IMG/VR virus record: IMGVR_UViG_3300023174_000001
Span: 32,001-96,000 of that record
DNA length: 64,000 bases
Direction: 5' to 3' (one strand)
From: a virus
A program made the position numbers and the translations under genes. Positions 10,567 through 20,511 of the stretch are shown here, piece by piece (position 1 is the stretch's first letter; each line of letters opens with the position of its first letter). The notes beneath the pieces are model-generated. The model was not told the origin of the DNA and did no database searches. It worked only from the letters and a program-made list of their open reading frames with translations.

Positions 10567-11852
10567 TATGTTAATCCGTTACCGCTAATAATCCAAGTAG
10601 TGCCAGTTGTCTTTACTGCTGTAGCCATACCGTTGGCAGCAAGAGTTCTAGTTCCAGTAGTTCCAGCACCTGCTAAATACATTGTGTCTGTAGTAATAGC
10701 AATAGATAGTGAAACGGATGGGGCAGTAATAAATGTAAGAGTTGTTCCGATTTCAAAAGCCACATTCGTGTTGGCTGGAATAGTGTGAGTCAACGCTGTA
10801 GTAGTTGTGTAAATATGTTTACCAGCGTGTGTTGCCAGAATTGCGGTGTTGGCGGATACAGAAATTTGAGGTAGGCCAATGTAGCCAGCCGTGCTTGCTG
10901 ATGTAGCAGCGACAGCGTTGGCTGGAGTAATGGTTGGGGTAGTTCCAAATACAAGAACACCCGTACCAGTTTCGTCAGAGATAACACCTGCTAGTTGAGC
11001 AGAGGTAGTTGCTGCGTAGTAAGTGTTGCTCAGAGTTGGTTGAATCCAGAACGGAGCGTTAGTGCTTGAGTTGAAAGCAAGTGTTGAGTTATTTGTGGCT
11101 GTTCTTGCTAAGTAGGTTGTTGTATTTGCTGCTGATTGATATGGCAATGAGCCAGCAGCACCGCCCAAAACATTTGATGTTGAGCCAGATGTGGCGACAT
11201 TTAGGTTTGCTACTTGTGTTGTAGATGTAACTGTAAATGGGGCTGTGCCAGTAGCCACATTTGAGACAAATGACGGTGCTGTAACTGAGCCTGGGAATAA
11301 AGTATTTCCAGAGCCATCAAGAATGGTTGCAGTTCTTGCTAGCGTTGTAAATACGCCAGTATATTGTCTTACATAGATTGGCTCGGTGCCATCGTCTGCG
11401 GTTGCAAGTTCCACAAAACCTGCGTTTGTGGCAGTTCCACCAATACGAATTCTGAATTGGTCGTTGTCTGCCATGTTTCCATAAACAAGGTCAGTGGAGT
11501 TAGTTCCTGTAACAGTATTTATCACATAGCCAGATGTAGCAACATTTAGGTTGGCTACTTGTGTTGTTGAAGATACGGTAAACGGTGCGGTGCCTGTAGC
11601 GATGGTAGATGTAAATGTACCGCTTGTATTTACACCGCTAGTGTTAGAGACAACCAAAGCGTTGGTGATTGTTCCACCGTTAAATACCGCTGCTTGATAG
11701 CCAAGTGAAGCCCATGCGGTTGACCCAGTTCCAATTTTAAACTTTTGAGTGTCAGTTTCAAAGCCAATTTCACCAGCAGCCAAAGTTGGATTAGTGCTAG
11801 TCCAGTTTGCTGCGGTGTCTCTACGAACTTGAAGTTTAGTAGATACAGCCAT
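10566..11852 (-). CDS. Tail fibre protein with Mtd-N-like N-terminus
   Basis: QVRRDTAANW..NPTLAAGEIGFETDT.KFKIG; Thr/Ala/Gly-rich; internal APFTV.STTQVANLN repeat. Confidence 0.8.
   Translation of the reverse strand: MAVSTKLQVRRDTAANWTSTNPTLAAGEIGFETDTQKFKIGTGSTAWASLGYQAAVFNGGTITNALVVSNTSGVNTSGTFTSTIATGTAPFTVSSTTQVANLNVATSGYVINTVTGTNSTDLVYGNMADNDQFRIRIGGTATNAGFVELATADDGTEPIYVRQYTGVFTTLARTATILDGSGNTLFPGSVTAPSFVSNVATGTAPFTVTSTTQVANLNVATSGSTSNVLGGAAGSLPYQSAANTTTYLARTATNNSTLAFNSSTNAPFWIQPTLSNTYYAATTSAQLAGVISDETGTGVLVFGTTPTITPANAVAATSASTAGYIGLPQISVSANTAILATHAGKHIYTTTTALTHTIPANTNVAFEIGTTLTFITAPSVSLSIAITTDTMYLAGAGTTGTRTLAANGMATAVKTTGTTWIISGNGLT
11731..11780. repeat. 50-bp perfect direct repeat, copy 1 (copy 2 at 14033..14082)
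   Basis: CCAATTTTAAACTTTTGAGTGTCAGTTTCAAAGCCAATTTCACCAGCAGC is identical at both loci. Confidence 0.9.
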
Positions 11853-11855
11853 TTA

Positions 11856-12089
11856 CTACCCCTGTTCTGGAGGTAGTGAACTCAGTTCTTGCTGGTAAAC
11901 GCCAATGATGTTAGTAATCTCAGTAATTTTTTGCTCTGCTTCTAAGACTAAATCTCGTCTACCGTTTATTTCAGCACCCTGCTTATTTAAATTATACTGA
12001 TACCCCTCGGAAGCAAGTTGCTCGATACGCTTAATTAGCAGTTGTCTGCGTTCTTCTACTGGCAGTAGAAATGAAAAGTCTAATGTCAT
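11856..12089 (-). CDS. Small coiled-coil protein (possible fibre chaperone)
   Basis: ORF between two fibre genes, AAGGA RBS. Confidence 0.5.
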   Translation of the reverse strand: MTLDFSFLLPVEERRQLLIKRIEQLASEGYQYNLNKQGAEINGRRDLVLEAEQKITEITNIIGVYQQELSSLPPEQG

Positions 12090-12108
12090 TTTATATCCTT
12101 AGGATTTA

Positions 12109-14172
12109 TTAAGCGGCTCCACCGTCAATTGTAACTGCAAACAGTGTACCAGTGTTAGAGAGAGACATCAGTGTTGTGGTTCCGTCTCCAGCAAATGCTT
12201 GAATTAGGTTAGCAGTTCCAGCAGTAGCGTTTGCTCTTACAGCAAATGCTAATACATCGCTTGACACATTGATGCGTTGGGTGGTTGTGAAAGTTGTGGC
12301 ATAAGCAGCGTTTGTATTTACGGTTACAGCACCTGTAGAACCAGATACGGTAATACCGTTTCCAGCAACAAGGCTAGTTACACCAGATGATGCTGGGGTT
12401 ACCCAAGCGGGTACACCAGAAGTAATTGTAAGTACTTGGCTGTTATTTGCTGTTGAATAGGCCAACTGTGATGTGGTGTTTGCAGTTCCGTTGTAGAAAA
12501 TAACATTTGCCACACCAACAATGTTGGTAGCAAGGTTAGCGGAGGCTGACCTTAGGTTTGTTACTTCGGTTGTGGATGTTACGGTTATAGCATTTGCAGC
12601 AAACACATTGGCTGTAATGCTTCCGTTTGTGTCACGAACTGCAACGGTGTTGGCAGTGGCTGCTGTTGCTGTGTTGTAGCCATCTAGAAGGTCAGCGTTA
12701 AGGTTAGTAACTACTGTTGTAGATGCTACAGACAGAGGTGCTGTACCAGTTGTTTGAGTAGAAATCAACTGACCAGTAACATTTAGGCTGGTTCCAGTAG
12801 CAGCACCAAGTACAGGTGATACAAAGGTCGGGGTATTGTTCAATACAACCGCACCTGTACCTGTTACTGTGGTGAAGTCCGCGAGACGGGCATCCCAGTT
12901 GGCTGCTGTAGTTCCTGCTGTTGCAACACAAGTTAGAAGTACAGAAGTGTTAGCGGGTACTGTAATTACTTGGTTTCCACCAGAAGAGTTGACTGTCAAA
13001 ATTCCAGTGCTTCTATTCATAATATAGAAGGACCATCCAGTTGATAGTGTGCTAGTTACTGGAAGACCGACTGTTTGAGTAGTTGAGCCAGTAAATTGCT
13101 GGAAATAAGTACTTGTGCTGGTAAGAGTTGTGGTAGCGGCAGCGGTGGCAGTTGTTGAGTAACCTGTTAAAGCAGCCATTGTCTGCGTCGGGTTCAACCA
13201 AGCAGGAGCATTTGTTGAAGTGTTGTAGGAAAGAATAGAGTTGTTTACGGTTGCAACGGCAACTTTAGATGTGGTGTTGACGGCAGACTGATAAAGAAGT
13301 TGACCTTCATTTGCTGCTCCACCAGTAACATTGGCAGTAAGCGTTGAGACACCAGTTAGGTTTGCGGTGATTGTTCCAGCAGAGAAGTTTCCAGATGCAT
13401 CGCGGGCAACAATTGTCGAAACTGTGTTGGCATCGGTGATTGACTTACCTAGAACTTGGCTGGCAGAAAGAACGGTTGTACCGTTGATTTCATAAACTTT
13501 TCCAGATGCAAGGTCTATATCTTCTGAAGATGTCCAAGCAGCAGTTGCGTTTACCCAGTTTAAGGTCTTGTCGGTAGAACCCTTTACTGTAAGGCCAGCA
13601 CCGTCAGCGGTGACATTTGTTGCTCCGCCAATGTCCACTGTTGCGGTTGTGCAGGTTACTCCTTGATTAACAGAAACTCTAAATGCTGTTGCATTTGTGA
13701 TTGAAGTAATGGTTCCAGTAGTAAAGGTGCCTGTATTTTGAGTAACGGTCTGCCCAATTATAAGACCAGTGGTGTTGCTAGTAATAATAGTGTTGTTATT
13801 TGCTGTGGTTTCTACTGTTCTACCAAGAATTGCTGCTACAGAACCAAGTTCAATGTTCTTGTCGTCTACTTGAAGAGTAGAAGAGTTAAGTGAGGTAGTT
13901 GTACCGTTTACAGTTAGGTTTCCGCCAACGACAACATCGCCAGAAGTAGTAAGGCTTGTGATGCTGGCAGCACCTGCTAGGAGGGAGGCATCTTGTGAGT
14001 ACTTCAGGTTTCCCCAAAGTGTCCCCGTAACACCAATTTTAAACTTTTGAGTGTCAGTTTCAAAGCCAATTTCACCAGCAGCGAGAACAGGTGTAGCACC
14101 TGCTGCGGTTTGTGCGGTGACCCAGTTGGCAGCGGTATCTCTACGAAGTTGAATTTTAGTTAAAGCAGCCAT
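12109..14172 (-). CDS. Tail fibre protein with Mtd-N-like N-terminus
   Basis: Same N-terminal motif as 10566..11852; VTNLNADLLDG and GNLTVNGTTT fibre motifs. Confidence 0.8.
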   Translation of the reverse strand: MAALTKIQLRRDTAANWVTAQTAAGATPVLAAGEIGFETDTQKFKIGVTGTLWGNLKYSQDASLLAGAASITSLTTSGDVVVGGNLTVNGTTTSLNSSTLQVDDKNIELGSVAAILGRTVETTANNNTIITSNTTGLIIGQTVTQNTGTFTTGTITSITNATAFRVSVNQGVTCTTATVDIGGATNVTADGAGLTVKGSTDKTLNWVNATAAWTSSEDIDLASGKVYEINGTTVLSASQVLGKSITDANTVSTIVARDASGNFSAGTITANLTGVSTLTANVTGGAANEGQLLYQSAVNTTSKVAVATVNNSILSYNTSTNAPAWLNPTQTMAALTGYSTTATAAATTTLTSTSTYFQQFTGSTTQTVGLPVTSTLSTGWSFYIMNRSTGILTVNSSGGNQVITVPANTSVLLTCVATAGTTAANWDARLADFTTVTGTGAVVLNNTPTFVSPVLGAATGTSLNVTGQLISTQTTGTAPLSVASTTVVTNLNADLLDGYNTATAATANTVAVRDTNGSITANVFAANAITVTSTTEVTNLRSASANLATNIVGVANVIFYNGTANTTSQLAYSTANNSQVLTITSGVPAWVTPASSGVTSLVAGNGITVSGSTGAVTVNTNAAYATTFTTTQRINVSSDVLAFAVRANATAGTANLIQAFAGDGTTTLMSLSNTGTLFAVTIDGGAA

Positions 14173-14225
14173 TTTTTTCCTTATTTACTAGAGTATTTCT
14201 ATGGTCAAATCTATATAAAAGTGTA

Positions 14226-14963
14226 TCACGCGGAGCCACCTTCTATTTTGGCTACGCCAAGGGTAGAGGTATCTTCACCCGCTGTTGTCGGGATATTGTC
14301 TACCAAAGTAACCTCTGCTCCAGAGGCTCCCGCTTTGATAGCAATCTTTAGCGTTCCAGCCAAAGTTCCGTCTTTTATGAACTGAACTGCGGTATTTGCA
14401 CCTGGAGATGCCAAAGAAGTCGCTTGTTTATTGAGTACTAAGGAATTACTTGTAATGCTGTTGGCAGTCAAAACACCCGTTTGACTGAATCCAGCAACGA
14501 CGACATTGGCAGTTGAGACAATTTCTAGGACATTTGCTGTCCCGCCAGCACCTTTTACTATTAGAGTTGAGGTATTTGCCGTTCCAGCAACCATCGTTTG
14601 GGTGCCAGTAAATGTTTGTGATGCGGTTAGGTATGGAATTACGGCACTGTCAACAGCCAAAGTCCCCGTTGTTGTGATTGTGCCCCCAGTAAGACCTGTA
14701 CCACCAACAACACTAGACACCACATTGGACCAAGTAGTGTCGTAATTGGTGGCACCTGCCTTAGTCAACACTTGACCTTGGGCACCGCCAATTGGAATTA
14801 CGGTTACGCCCGGGTCGCCTTTAGGTCCTTGTGGCCCGGTCGCACCTTGAGGTCCATAGCCTGTAATTTTTACTATATTAGTTGACTCTTGAACAAGAAC
14901 TTTGTTGGAGTCACGAGGATTTATTTTTACTAAAAGTCTCTCGTCATTTATGTCTACTGACAT
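14226..14963 (-). CDS. Minor tail/fibre protein with short collagen-like stretch
   Basis: GPQGATGPQGPKGDPG; GGAQGQVLTK. Confidence 0.65.
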   Translation of the reverse strand: MSVDINDERLLVKINPRDSNKVLVQESTNIVKITGYGPQGATGPQGPKGDPGVTVIPIGGAQGQVLTKAGATNYDTTWSNVVSSVVGGTGLTGGTITTTGTLAVDSAVIPYLTASQTFTGTQTMVAGTANTSTLIVKGAGGTANVLEIVSTANVVVAGFSQTGVLTANSITSNSLVLNKQATSLASPGANTAVQFIKDGTLAGTLKIAIKAGASGAEVTLVDNIPTTAGEDTSTLGVAKIEGGSA

Positions 14964-15331
14964 TATCGAGTCACCTCGGCTGTCACTTTGAAGTTGCCCT
15001 CAAGTAATCTAGTTACTACTCCACCGCCAGACACCAACTCTAGGTCGTAGACATATTGACCTGCGGTTAGGGCCGCTGTGTTAGTGGCAGAGATAAGTAA
15101 ATCTACAGTTCCAGCGGTTCCGCCTAAAGCAATAGTTCCCGTATTACCAGCAGTTGTAGATAAAGTAGCAATTATGGTGTTAGAAGTAACATTTGACCTT
15201 ACTTGCATACGGGCAGTGTAGCCAGTTAGATTGTAGGCATCTCTCGCTGAGTCGGTCCAAGTAAGTTGACGCTGAAAAGTAGCACCTTGCTGGCAGGTGA
15301 TGTTATAGAGTCCAGCGATTCCGTGAGTCAT
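14963..15331 (-). CDS. Baseplate/fibre adaptor-like protein
   Basis: QGATF, YNLTGYTARMQVR, YVYDLEL...RLLEG motifs; heads the fibre operon. Confidence 0.65.
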   Translation of the reverse strand: MTHGIAGLYNITCQQGATFQRQLTWTDSARDAYNLTGYTARMQVRSNVTSNTIIATLSTTAGNTGTIALGGTAGTVDLLISATNTAALTAGQYVYDLELVSGGGVVTRLLEGNFKVTAEVTR

Positions 15332-15453
15332 AGGAACACCGTTCGGGAGTAAGGATATAGTCCCTATTATTTTACAATAAAACTGTCCTTATGACTTCGG
15401 AGCAAGACCAAAGAGACCAGTTATTAGTTGGCTTTCTTTGGCTTTATTATTGG

Positions 15454-15657
15454 TTAGCGAAGTAAAAGTTTGGCAGTTTCGTCTATGACTTCAGTTGCCG
15501 ATACTTTTATAGCATCTTTATTTTCGGTCCAATGGTGGAGACAAAATAGTAGTTCGCCAGACTCCATAGTGACATGTACATATGCTTGTGCTCCACAAGC
15601 ATCGCAGCGGTCTTCATTTGTTATTACATAGTCGGGTACTTCTATTTTTGTGTCCAT
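15454..15657 (-). CDS. Small Zn-binding actinobacterial-type protein
   Basis: DRCDACGAQAYV...LLFCLHH. Confidence 0.65.
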   Translation of the reverse strand: MDTKIEVPDYVITNEDRCDACGAQAYVHVTMESGELLFCLHHWTENKDAIKVSATEVIDETAKLLLR

Positions 15658-15683
15658 AAGACAAGTATAGGATAAAATAAACT

Positions 15684-15911
15684 ATGCTTGATTTATTAGA
15701 AAGACCTGACACCCAGAATACCGACACGGATGATTCAGAACACTTTGCACATTATGCCGAAAAAGCAAAGGTTACCGAGGGGTACATTATGGGAACTCCC
15801 GTAATAGCCTTATGTGGCAAGGTTTTCATACCGTTCAGAGACCCCGAAAAACTAAGGATTTGTCCAGATTGTAAAGAAATTTTAGACGCACTATTTGCTC
15901 CGTCAGAGTAA
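15684..15911 (+). CDS. DUF3039-family protein
   Basis: HFAHY...GTPVIALCGKVFIP.RDP...CPDCKEI. Confidence 0.85.
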   Translation: MLDLLERPDTQNTDTDDSEHFAHYAEKAKVTEGYIMGTPVIALCGKVFIPFRDPEKLRICPDCKEILDALFAPSE

Positions 15912-15959
15912 TACTCCTAAATCACCCTTATACTAATATCTCTTCCCAACTACATAAAG

Positions 15960-18008
15960 GTGCCTACATTGTCTATTTTTTCATTCGAACTCAACAAAGA
16001 ATTTGTTAACGGTTATAAAGAGAAAGAGTCGCCTTTTGGTTTCAAAGACGCTGCTGGCAACTCTGTAGGGGAAATTACATTTCTTCGCACATACTCACGC
16101 AAAAAAGAAGATGGAACTAAGGAAACTTGGTCGGAGGTTTGTGAGCGTGTAACTAACGGTACTTATTCTCTACAAAAGGACTACGCAAAGCAACAGCGTC
16201 TTCCTTGGTCAGATGCTAAGGCTGCTGCGTCTGCTAAAGAATTCTTTGACCGTTTGTTTGACCTCAAGTGGTCTCCACCAGGCCGTGGTCTATCTCAAAT
16301 GGGTACTGACCTTGTAAATCGTCAGAAGAACTCCGCTTCGCTTCAGAACTGTGCCTTCGTTTCTACTAACGAAATGACTAAGAACAATCCAGGCAAGCCA
16401 TTCGCATTCCTAATGGAAGCGTCTATGTTAGGTGTGGGTGTTGGATTTGATGACAAGGGTGCGGACAAGGGTTTTGAGATTCACGCACCCGGAGATGTTC
16501 AGGCTTATGCTATTCCCGACACTCGTGAAGGTTGGCAGGAATCTACAGTTGCTCTAATCAACTCATTCCTAAAAGCAGAACAAGCAACTCTAGAATTTGA
16601 CTACAGCGAGATTAGACCGTACGGTGCCCCTATTGCTACATTCGGTGGCACTGCTTCTGGACCTAAACCACTTATTGATTTACACGACGCTATTCGTAAA
16701 ATCTTCAATGGTCGTGCTGGTGAACTTCTAAACACGGTAGACATCGCTGATATTGGAAACCTTATTGGTCGTTGTGTTGTGTCTGGAAATGTTCGTCGCT
16801 CTGCTGAACTTTTGATTGGTCGCATTGACGATGACAACTTCCTAAACCTAAAGAACGCTGAAGCGTTCCCTGCTCGCAACTCTTATGATTCAGAAGAGCC
16901 TGGCTGGGGTTGGATGTCAAACAACTCAGTAATGGTAAATGTTGGAACTGACTTTTCAAAAATTATTGATGGCATTGTTCGCAACGGTGAGCCTGGCGTT
17001 ATTTGGGAAGACATCTCTAAGGCTTATGGTCGCCTTGCTGACCCAATCAACAACAAGGACTGGCGTATTGCTGGGTACAACCCTTGTGCGGAGCAGAGCC
17101 TTGAGTCATACGAAATGTGTACTCTAGTTGAGACTTACCTAAACCGCCACACTGATGTTGAGGACTTCAAGCGAACCCTAAAGTTTGCTTACCTTTACGC
17201 CAAGACCGTGACTCTTCTTCCTACACACTGGGAAGAGACCAACGCAATCATGCAACGCAACCGTCGTATCGGAACTTCTATCTCTGGTATCGCAAACTTT
17301 GCTGATAACAAAGGACTACCTGTACTTCGTACTTGGATGGATGAAGGCTATGCGGTAGTAAAAAAGTATGACTCTGTTTATTCTGAGTGGCTAGGTGTTC
17401 GTGAGTCAATCAAGACTACGACTGTCAAGCCATCTGGAACTGTGTCTATCTTGGCTGGAGAATCTCCTGGTGCTCACTGGTCTCCAGGTGGAGAGTACTT
17501 CAACCGTGCTATCCGTTTTGGAAATGATGACCCTCAGTTGGCTCTATTCAAGATGGCTAACTACAAAGTTGAGCCAGCGTCTGAAAACCCAGAGCACACT
17601 TCTGTTGTCTACTTCCCAATCAAGGCAAGTGCTAAGCGTGCTGAGAAAGATGTGAGTATTTACGAGAAGATGAACTTGGCTGCTACTGCTCAGCGGTACT
17701 GGTCAGATAACTCTGTGTCTGTAACTATCTCTTTCAATCCAGATACAGAGGCTAACGACATTCAAAAGGTTCTTCATATGTATGACGGAAGCCTGAAGAC
17801 TGTTTCGTTCTTGCCGTCTGGAAACTTTACATATAAGCAAATGCCGTACACGCAGATTACTAAAGAAGAGTATGAAGAATCTCAGGGTAAATTGTTCCCT
17901 ATTGATTTTGCTGGTATCTACGCTGGTCTAGGTCTAGATGGAATTGGTGAGGCATACTGCACCACAGATGCCTGTGAAATCAAGTTGATTGTAGAAAATC
18001 AGAAGTAA
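15960..18008 (+). CDS. nrdJ: Class II (B12-dependent) ribonucleotide reductase
   Basis: PPGRG, NCAF, GNVRRSA, NPCAEQ, TVKPSGT and C-terminal CTTDAC. Confidence 0.93.
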   Translation: MPTLSIFSFELNKEFVNGYKEKESPFGFKDAAGNSVGEITFLRTYSRKKEDGTKETWSEVCERVTNGTYSLQKDYAKQQRLPWSDAKAAASAKEFFDRLFDLKWSPPGRGLSQMGTDLVNRQKNSASLQNCAFVSTNEMTKNNPGKPFAFLMEASMLGVGVGFDDKGADKGFEIHAPGDVQAYAIPDTREGWQESTVALINSFLKAEQATLEFDYSEIRPYGAPIATFGGTASGPKPLIDLHDAIRKIFNGRAGELLNTVDIADIGNLIGRCVVSGNVRRSAELLIGRIDDDNFLNLKNAEAFPARNSYDSEEPGWGWMSNNSVMVNVGTDFSKIIDGIVRNGEPGVIWEDISKAYGRLADPINNKDWRIAGYNPCAEQSLESYEMCTLVETYLNRHTDVEDFKRTLKFAYLYAKTVTLLPTHWEETNAIMQRNRRIGTSISGIANFADNKGLPVLRTWMDEGYAVVKKYDSVYSEWLGVRESIKTTTVKPSGTVSILAGESPGAHWSPGGEYFNRAIRFGNDDPQLALFKMANYKVEPASENPEHTSVVYFPIKASAKRAEKDVSIYEKMNLAATAQRYWSDNSVSVTISFNPDTEANDIQKVLHMYDGSLKTVSFLPSGNFTYKQMPYTQITKEEYEESQGKLFPIDFAGIYAGLGLDGIGEAYCTTDACEIKLIVENQK

Positions 18009-18013
18009 TTAAG

Positions 18014-18727
18014 ATGGAAAATCAAAAAATAAATAAATATGTTTCTGAAGGGTTTACTCAAGTTCAAGGCTGGGTAGAGCCAGAAATTTTTGAGTTCTTG
18101 GATTTCCTATCTAAGCATGTTTCTAGGGGGAAAGGTGTAGTAGAAATTGGAATCCATCATGGACAATTTTTCTTTGGACTTCGGGCCTTATTACCTAGCC
18201 CTGAGTTATCTGTGGCAATAGATGTATTTGAGCATCAGCAAGAGTACAACATAGACCAGAGTGGTTGGGGTAATCTTGAAATTTTTTCTGACAATATAAA
18301 AAAGTATGACCCGCATTTGGGAGAAAATATAGAAATAATTGTTGGGGATTCTACTCTAGGTGCTAATGTTGAAAAACTAAAGTCAATGGTCTCGTCGGTT
18401 AGATACATATCTATTGATGGCGGTCACACTAGAAACCATGTCATGCATGATTTGTATACGGCTGAGTCGATAATTTCCGAAGATGGAGTAATCATTGTTG
18501 ACGATTTTCTACACCCGCACTGGTTGGGAGTTACTGACGGCACAATAGAGTTTATTAGTAGAGGCACTTCTATAGTCCCATTTGCTATTGGCTATAACAA
18601 ACTTTACATGTGCAAATTAAGTAGCCATAAAAAGTTTTATGAGGCTATTGAAAATAGTAAATTCAAGCACGAAGAAGAATTTATCCAAGGATGTAAACTT
18701 TGGACTGTCTATCAGATAGGAAGATAA
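18014..18727 (+). CDS. Class I SAM-dependent methyltransferase
   Basis: VEIGIHHG, IDGGH, IVDDF. Confidence 0.8.
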   Translation: MENQKINKYVSEGFTQVQGWVEPEIFEFLDFLSKHVSRGKGVVEIGIHHGQFFFGLRALLPSPELSVAIDVFEHQQEYNIDQSGWGNLEIFSDNIKKYDPHLGENIEIIVGDSTLGANVEKLKSMVSSVRYISIDGGHTRNHVMHDLYTAESIISEDGVIIVDDFLHPHWLGVTDGTIEFISRGTSIVPFAIGYNKLYMCKLSSHKKFYEAIENSKFKHEEEFIQGCKLWTVYQIGR

Positions 18728-18948
18728 TGAGCGTAATTGTGTACAGCAACCCAAATTGCACTGCGTGTGAGCAAACCAAACGATTCCTAACTGTCAAAGG
18801 TGTGGTGTTTGAATCTAAAATGATTTCTGACAGCCCTGAAGTATTTTCTCTTATTGAAGAGAAAGGATATAAGTCAGCACCAGTAGTTGTTGTTGGGAGT
18901 GACAGTTGGTCTGGTTTTAGATTAGATAAGTTGAGTGAGTTGCTCTAG
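18727..18948 (+). CDS. nrdH: NrdH-like glutaredoxin
   Basis: YSNPNCTAC, SAPVV, WSGFR. Confidence 0.88.
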   Translation: MSVIVYSNPNCTACEQTKRFLTVKGVVFESKMISDSPEVFSLIEEKGYKSAPVVVVGSDSWSGFRLDKLSELL

Positions 18949-19130
18949 TGCCTACTTACGAATATCTTTGTGAAAAATGTAGCACTGGCTACAAAGAAAC
19001 TCGTGGTATGAACGAGCCTGAAAAAAATACGACTTGTGCTGCTAAGGGTTGTGGTGGTAATCTCAAGAGAGTATTCACCGCTCCCCCTATTCAGTTTAAA
19101 GGCTCTGGCTTCAGTTCTAGTAGGGGATAA
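18948..19130 (+). CDS. FmdB-family Zn-ribbon protein
   Basis: MPTYEYLC..C, FKGSGF. Confidence 0.8.
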   Translation: MPTYEYLCEKCSTGYKETRGMNEPEKNTTCAAKGCGGNLKRVFTAPPIQFKGSGFSSSRG

Positions 19131-19149
19131 CTAAAGAAAGAGACTCTCT

Positions 19150-19470
19150 GTGTCAACACCAGATTCCTCCCCGTTTGTTCTTCCGTTTCTATCTGAAGAG
19201 AAGGGGATGCCAATTTGTTCTGAGATTGACCCTGAGTTATTCTTCCCCCAAGATGTTGAGGGCAATAAACTTGCCAGTTATTACGACGAAAGAGGGGCCA
19301 AAAAAATCTGCTCTACTTGCGTGTACAAGGTGGACTGCCTAGTTTACGCTTTCAAAAATGGTGAAATTGGTATTTGGGGTGGAACTACCGATGGCCAAAG
19401 AAAACATATGAGAAGAGATATGAAAATCTCTGGTCTCACTATTGAAGAAATAGCCTTACAACAAAAGTAG
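19150..19470 (+). CDS. whiB: WhiB-family transcription factor
   Basis: CSEIDPELFFP, CSTC, C, GIWGGTT. Confidence 0.88.
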   Translation: MSTPDSSPFVLPFLSEEKGMPICSEIDPELFFPQDVEGNKLASYYDERGAKKICSTCVYKVDCLVYAFKNGEIGIWGGTTDGQRKHMRRDMKISGLTIEEIALQQK

Positions 19471-19498
19471 TAAAATAGAAGTAGACCCTGGGAGAGGG

Positions 19499-19801
19499 GT
19501 GAATTACTCACATCTACCTAGGGAGAAAACCTTGAAAGTATTACTAACAATCCTCAAGAGAACCATCGCTCTTGTAATCCTAAAAGTCAGTGCTGTTTTG
19601 GCTGCTGGCTCTATCGGTGGCGTTGAACTATGGAAGTCAGCATTGATTGCTGCTTTTGTTGGAGTCATGGAAGTCGCTGAGTCATTGGCTCGTGCTTATG
19701 TTGTTGATGGCGTGCTTGACCAAGATGAAATCAACATTGCTTTTGCTTCTTCAGCAGAGGCTGCTTTGGCTGAAACTAAGAAGAGCAAGTCTTCAGAATA
19801 A
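19499..19801 (+). CDS. Small membrane protein (holin-like)
   Basis: Two hydrophobic segments; DGVLDQDEIN tail. Confidence 0.5.
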   Translation: MNYSHLPREKTLKVLLTILKRTIALVILKVSAVLAAGSIGGVELWKSALIAAFVGVMEVAESLARAYVVDGVLDQDEINIAFASSAEAALAETKKSKSSE

Positions 19802-19854
19802 TCTGCTAGTATTTCCTTACAACTAGGAGTACGACCAAGTTGCATAACTAAATA

Positions 19855-19886
19855 GAAAACCCCCCTATTAGCGTCGGGGGGTTTTC
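19855..19886. terminator. Intrinsic terminator between convergent genes
   Basis: GAAAACCCCCC / GGGGGGTTTTC stem. Confidence 0.75.
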
Positions 19887-19897
19887 ATTTTTAAGGA

Positions 19898-20362
19898 CTA
19901 AGCCTTTTTGATTTTAGTTCTGGCTACTCCGTAGTACAAAGGGTTAGAAGAACTCAATCCCATTGCTTTGGCAATCTTGGTTAGTGAAATTCCATTGTCT
20001 TCATACTCACGGCGAAGTGCTTCGTGGTACGCTTCAACGCTCTGCTCTTTAGCAATAAGAATTCTCTGTACTGCTTCAGCCAACTGCTCTGGCGTAGCCT
20101 TGCTACGATTACGCTTGGTTGACGGTGCCACATCTGAGGTAGTCACGCGACGACGAACGCCAGCGTAAGTAACTCCAACAGCCTGAGCGATTGCGATTAG
20201 TGAGCCACCCTTGTTGTAATACTCAACAAGTAGGCGAGTGTATTCACGACTAGCGTCGTGCTGGGGGGACTTGGTGATACGAGAACCGTAAGCCTGTCTT
20301 GCTAGTGGTAGCAATTCAATTAGGCGTGGGGCGTATTCCTGTGTTAGTTCGTTGTTCTTCAT
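19898..20362 (-). CDS. Tandem-HTH DNA-binding protein
   Basis: Two similar units GSLIAIAQAVGVTY and ISLTKIAKAMGLSS. Confidence 0.6.
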   Translation of the reverse strand: MKNNELTQEYAPRLIELLPLARQAYGSRITKSPQHDASREYTRLLVEYYNKGGSLIAIAQAVGVTYAGVRRRVTTSDVAPSTKRNRSKATPEQLAEAVQRILIAKEQSVEAYHEALRREYEDNGISLTKIAKAMGLSSSNPLYYGVARTKIKKA

Positions 20363-20511
20363 TATCTATCCTTTGGTATTTGTCATTTGGTCAAGAACCT
20401 TTATACCTGATTATAGGCACAAGTTCTATTAGATAGCAAATTAATACAATAAGCCCAAGGCGAACAAGTTGTGCTAGTATCTATAAGCAAATCAATAACA
20501 TAGGAGTAAAT

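Noticed and set aside
10566-14172. Diversity-generating retroelement suggested by Mtd-N domains
   Set aside because: No reverse transcriptase in the window; the repeat is N-terminal and identical rather than adenine-variable
15960-18008. Intein or intron in nrdJ or the primase
   Set aside because: Lengths are ordinary and no intein splice motifs or frame breaks were seen
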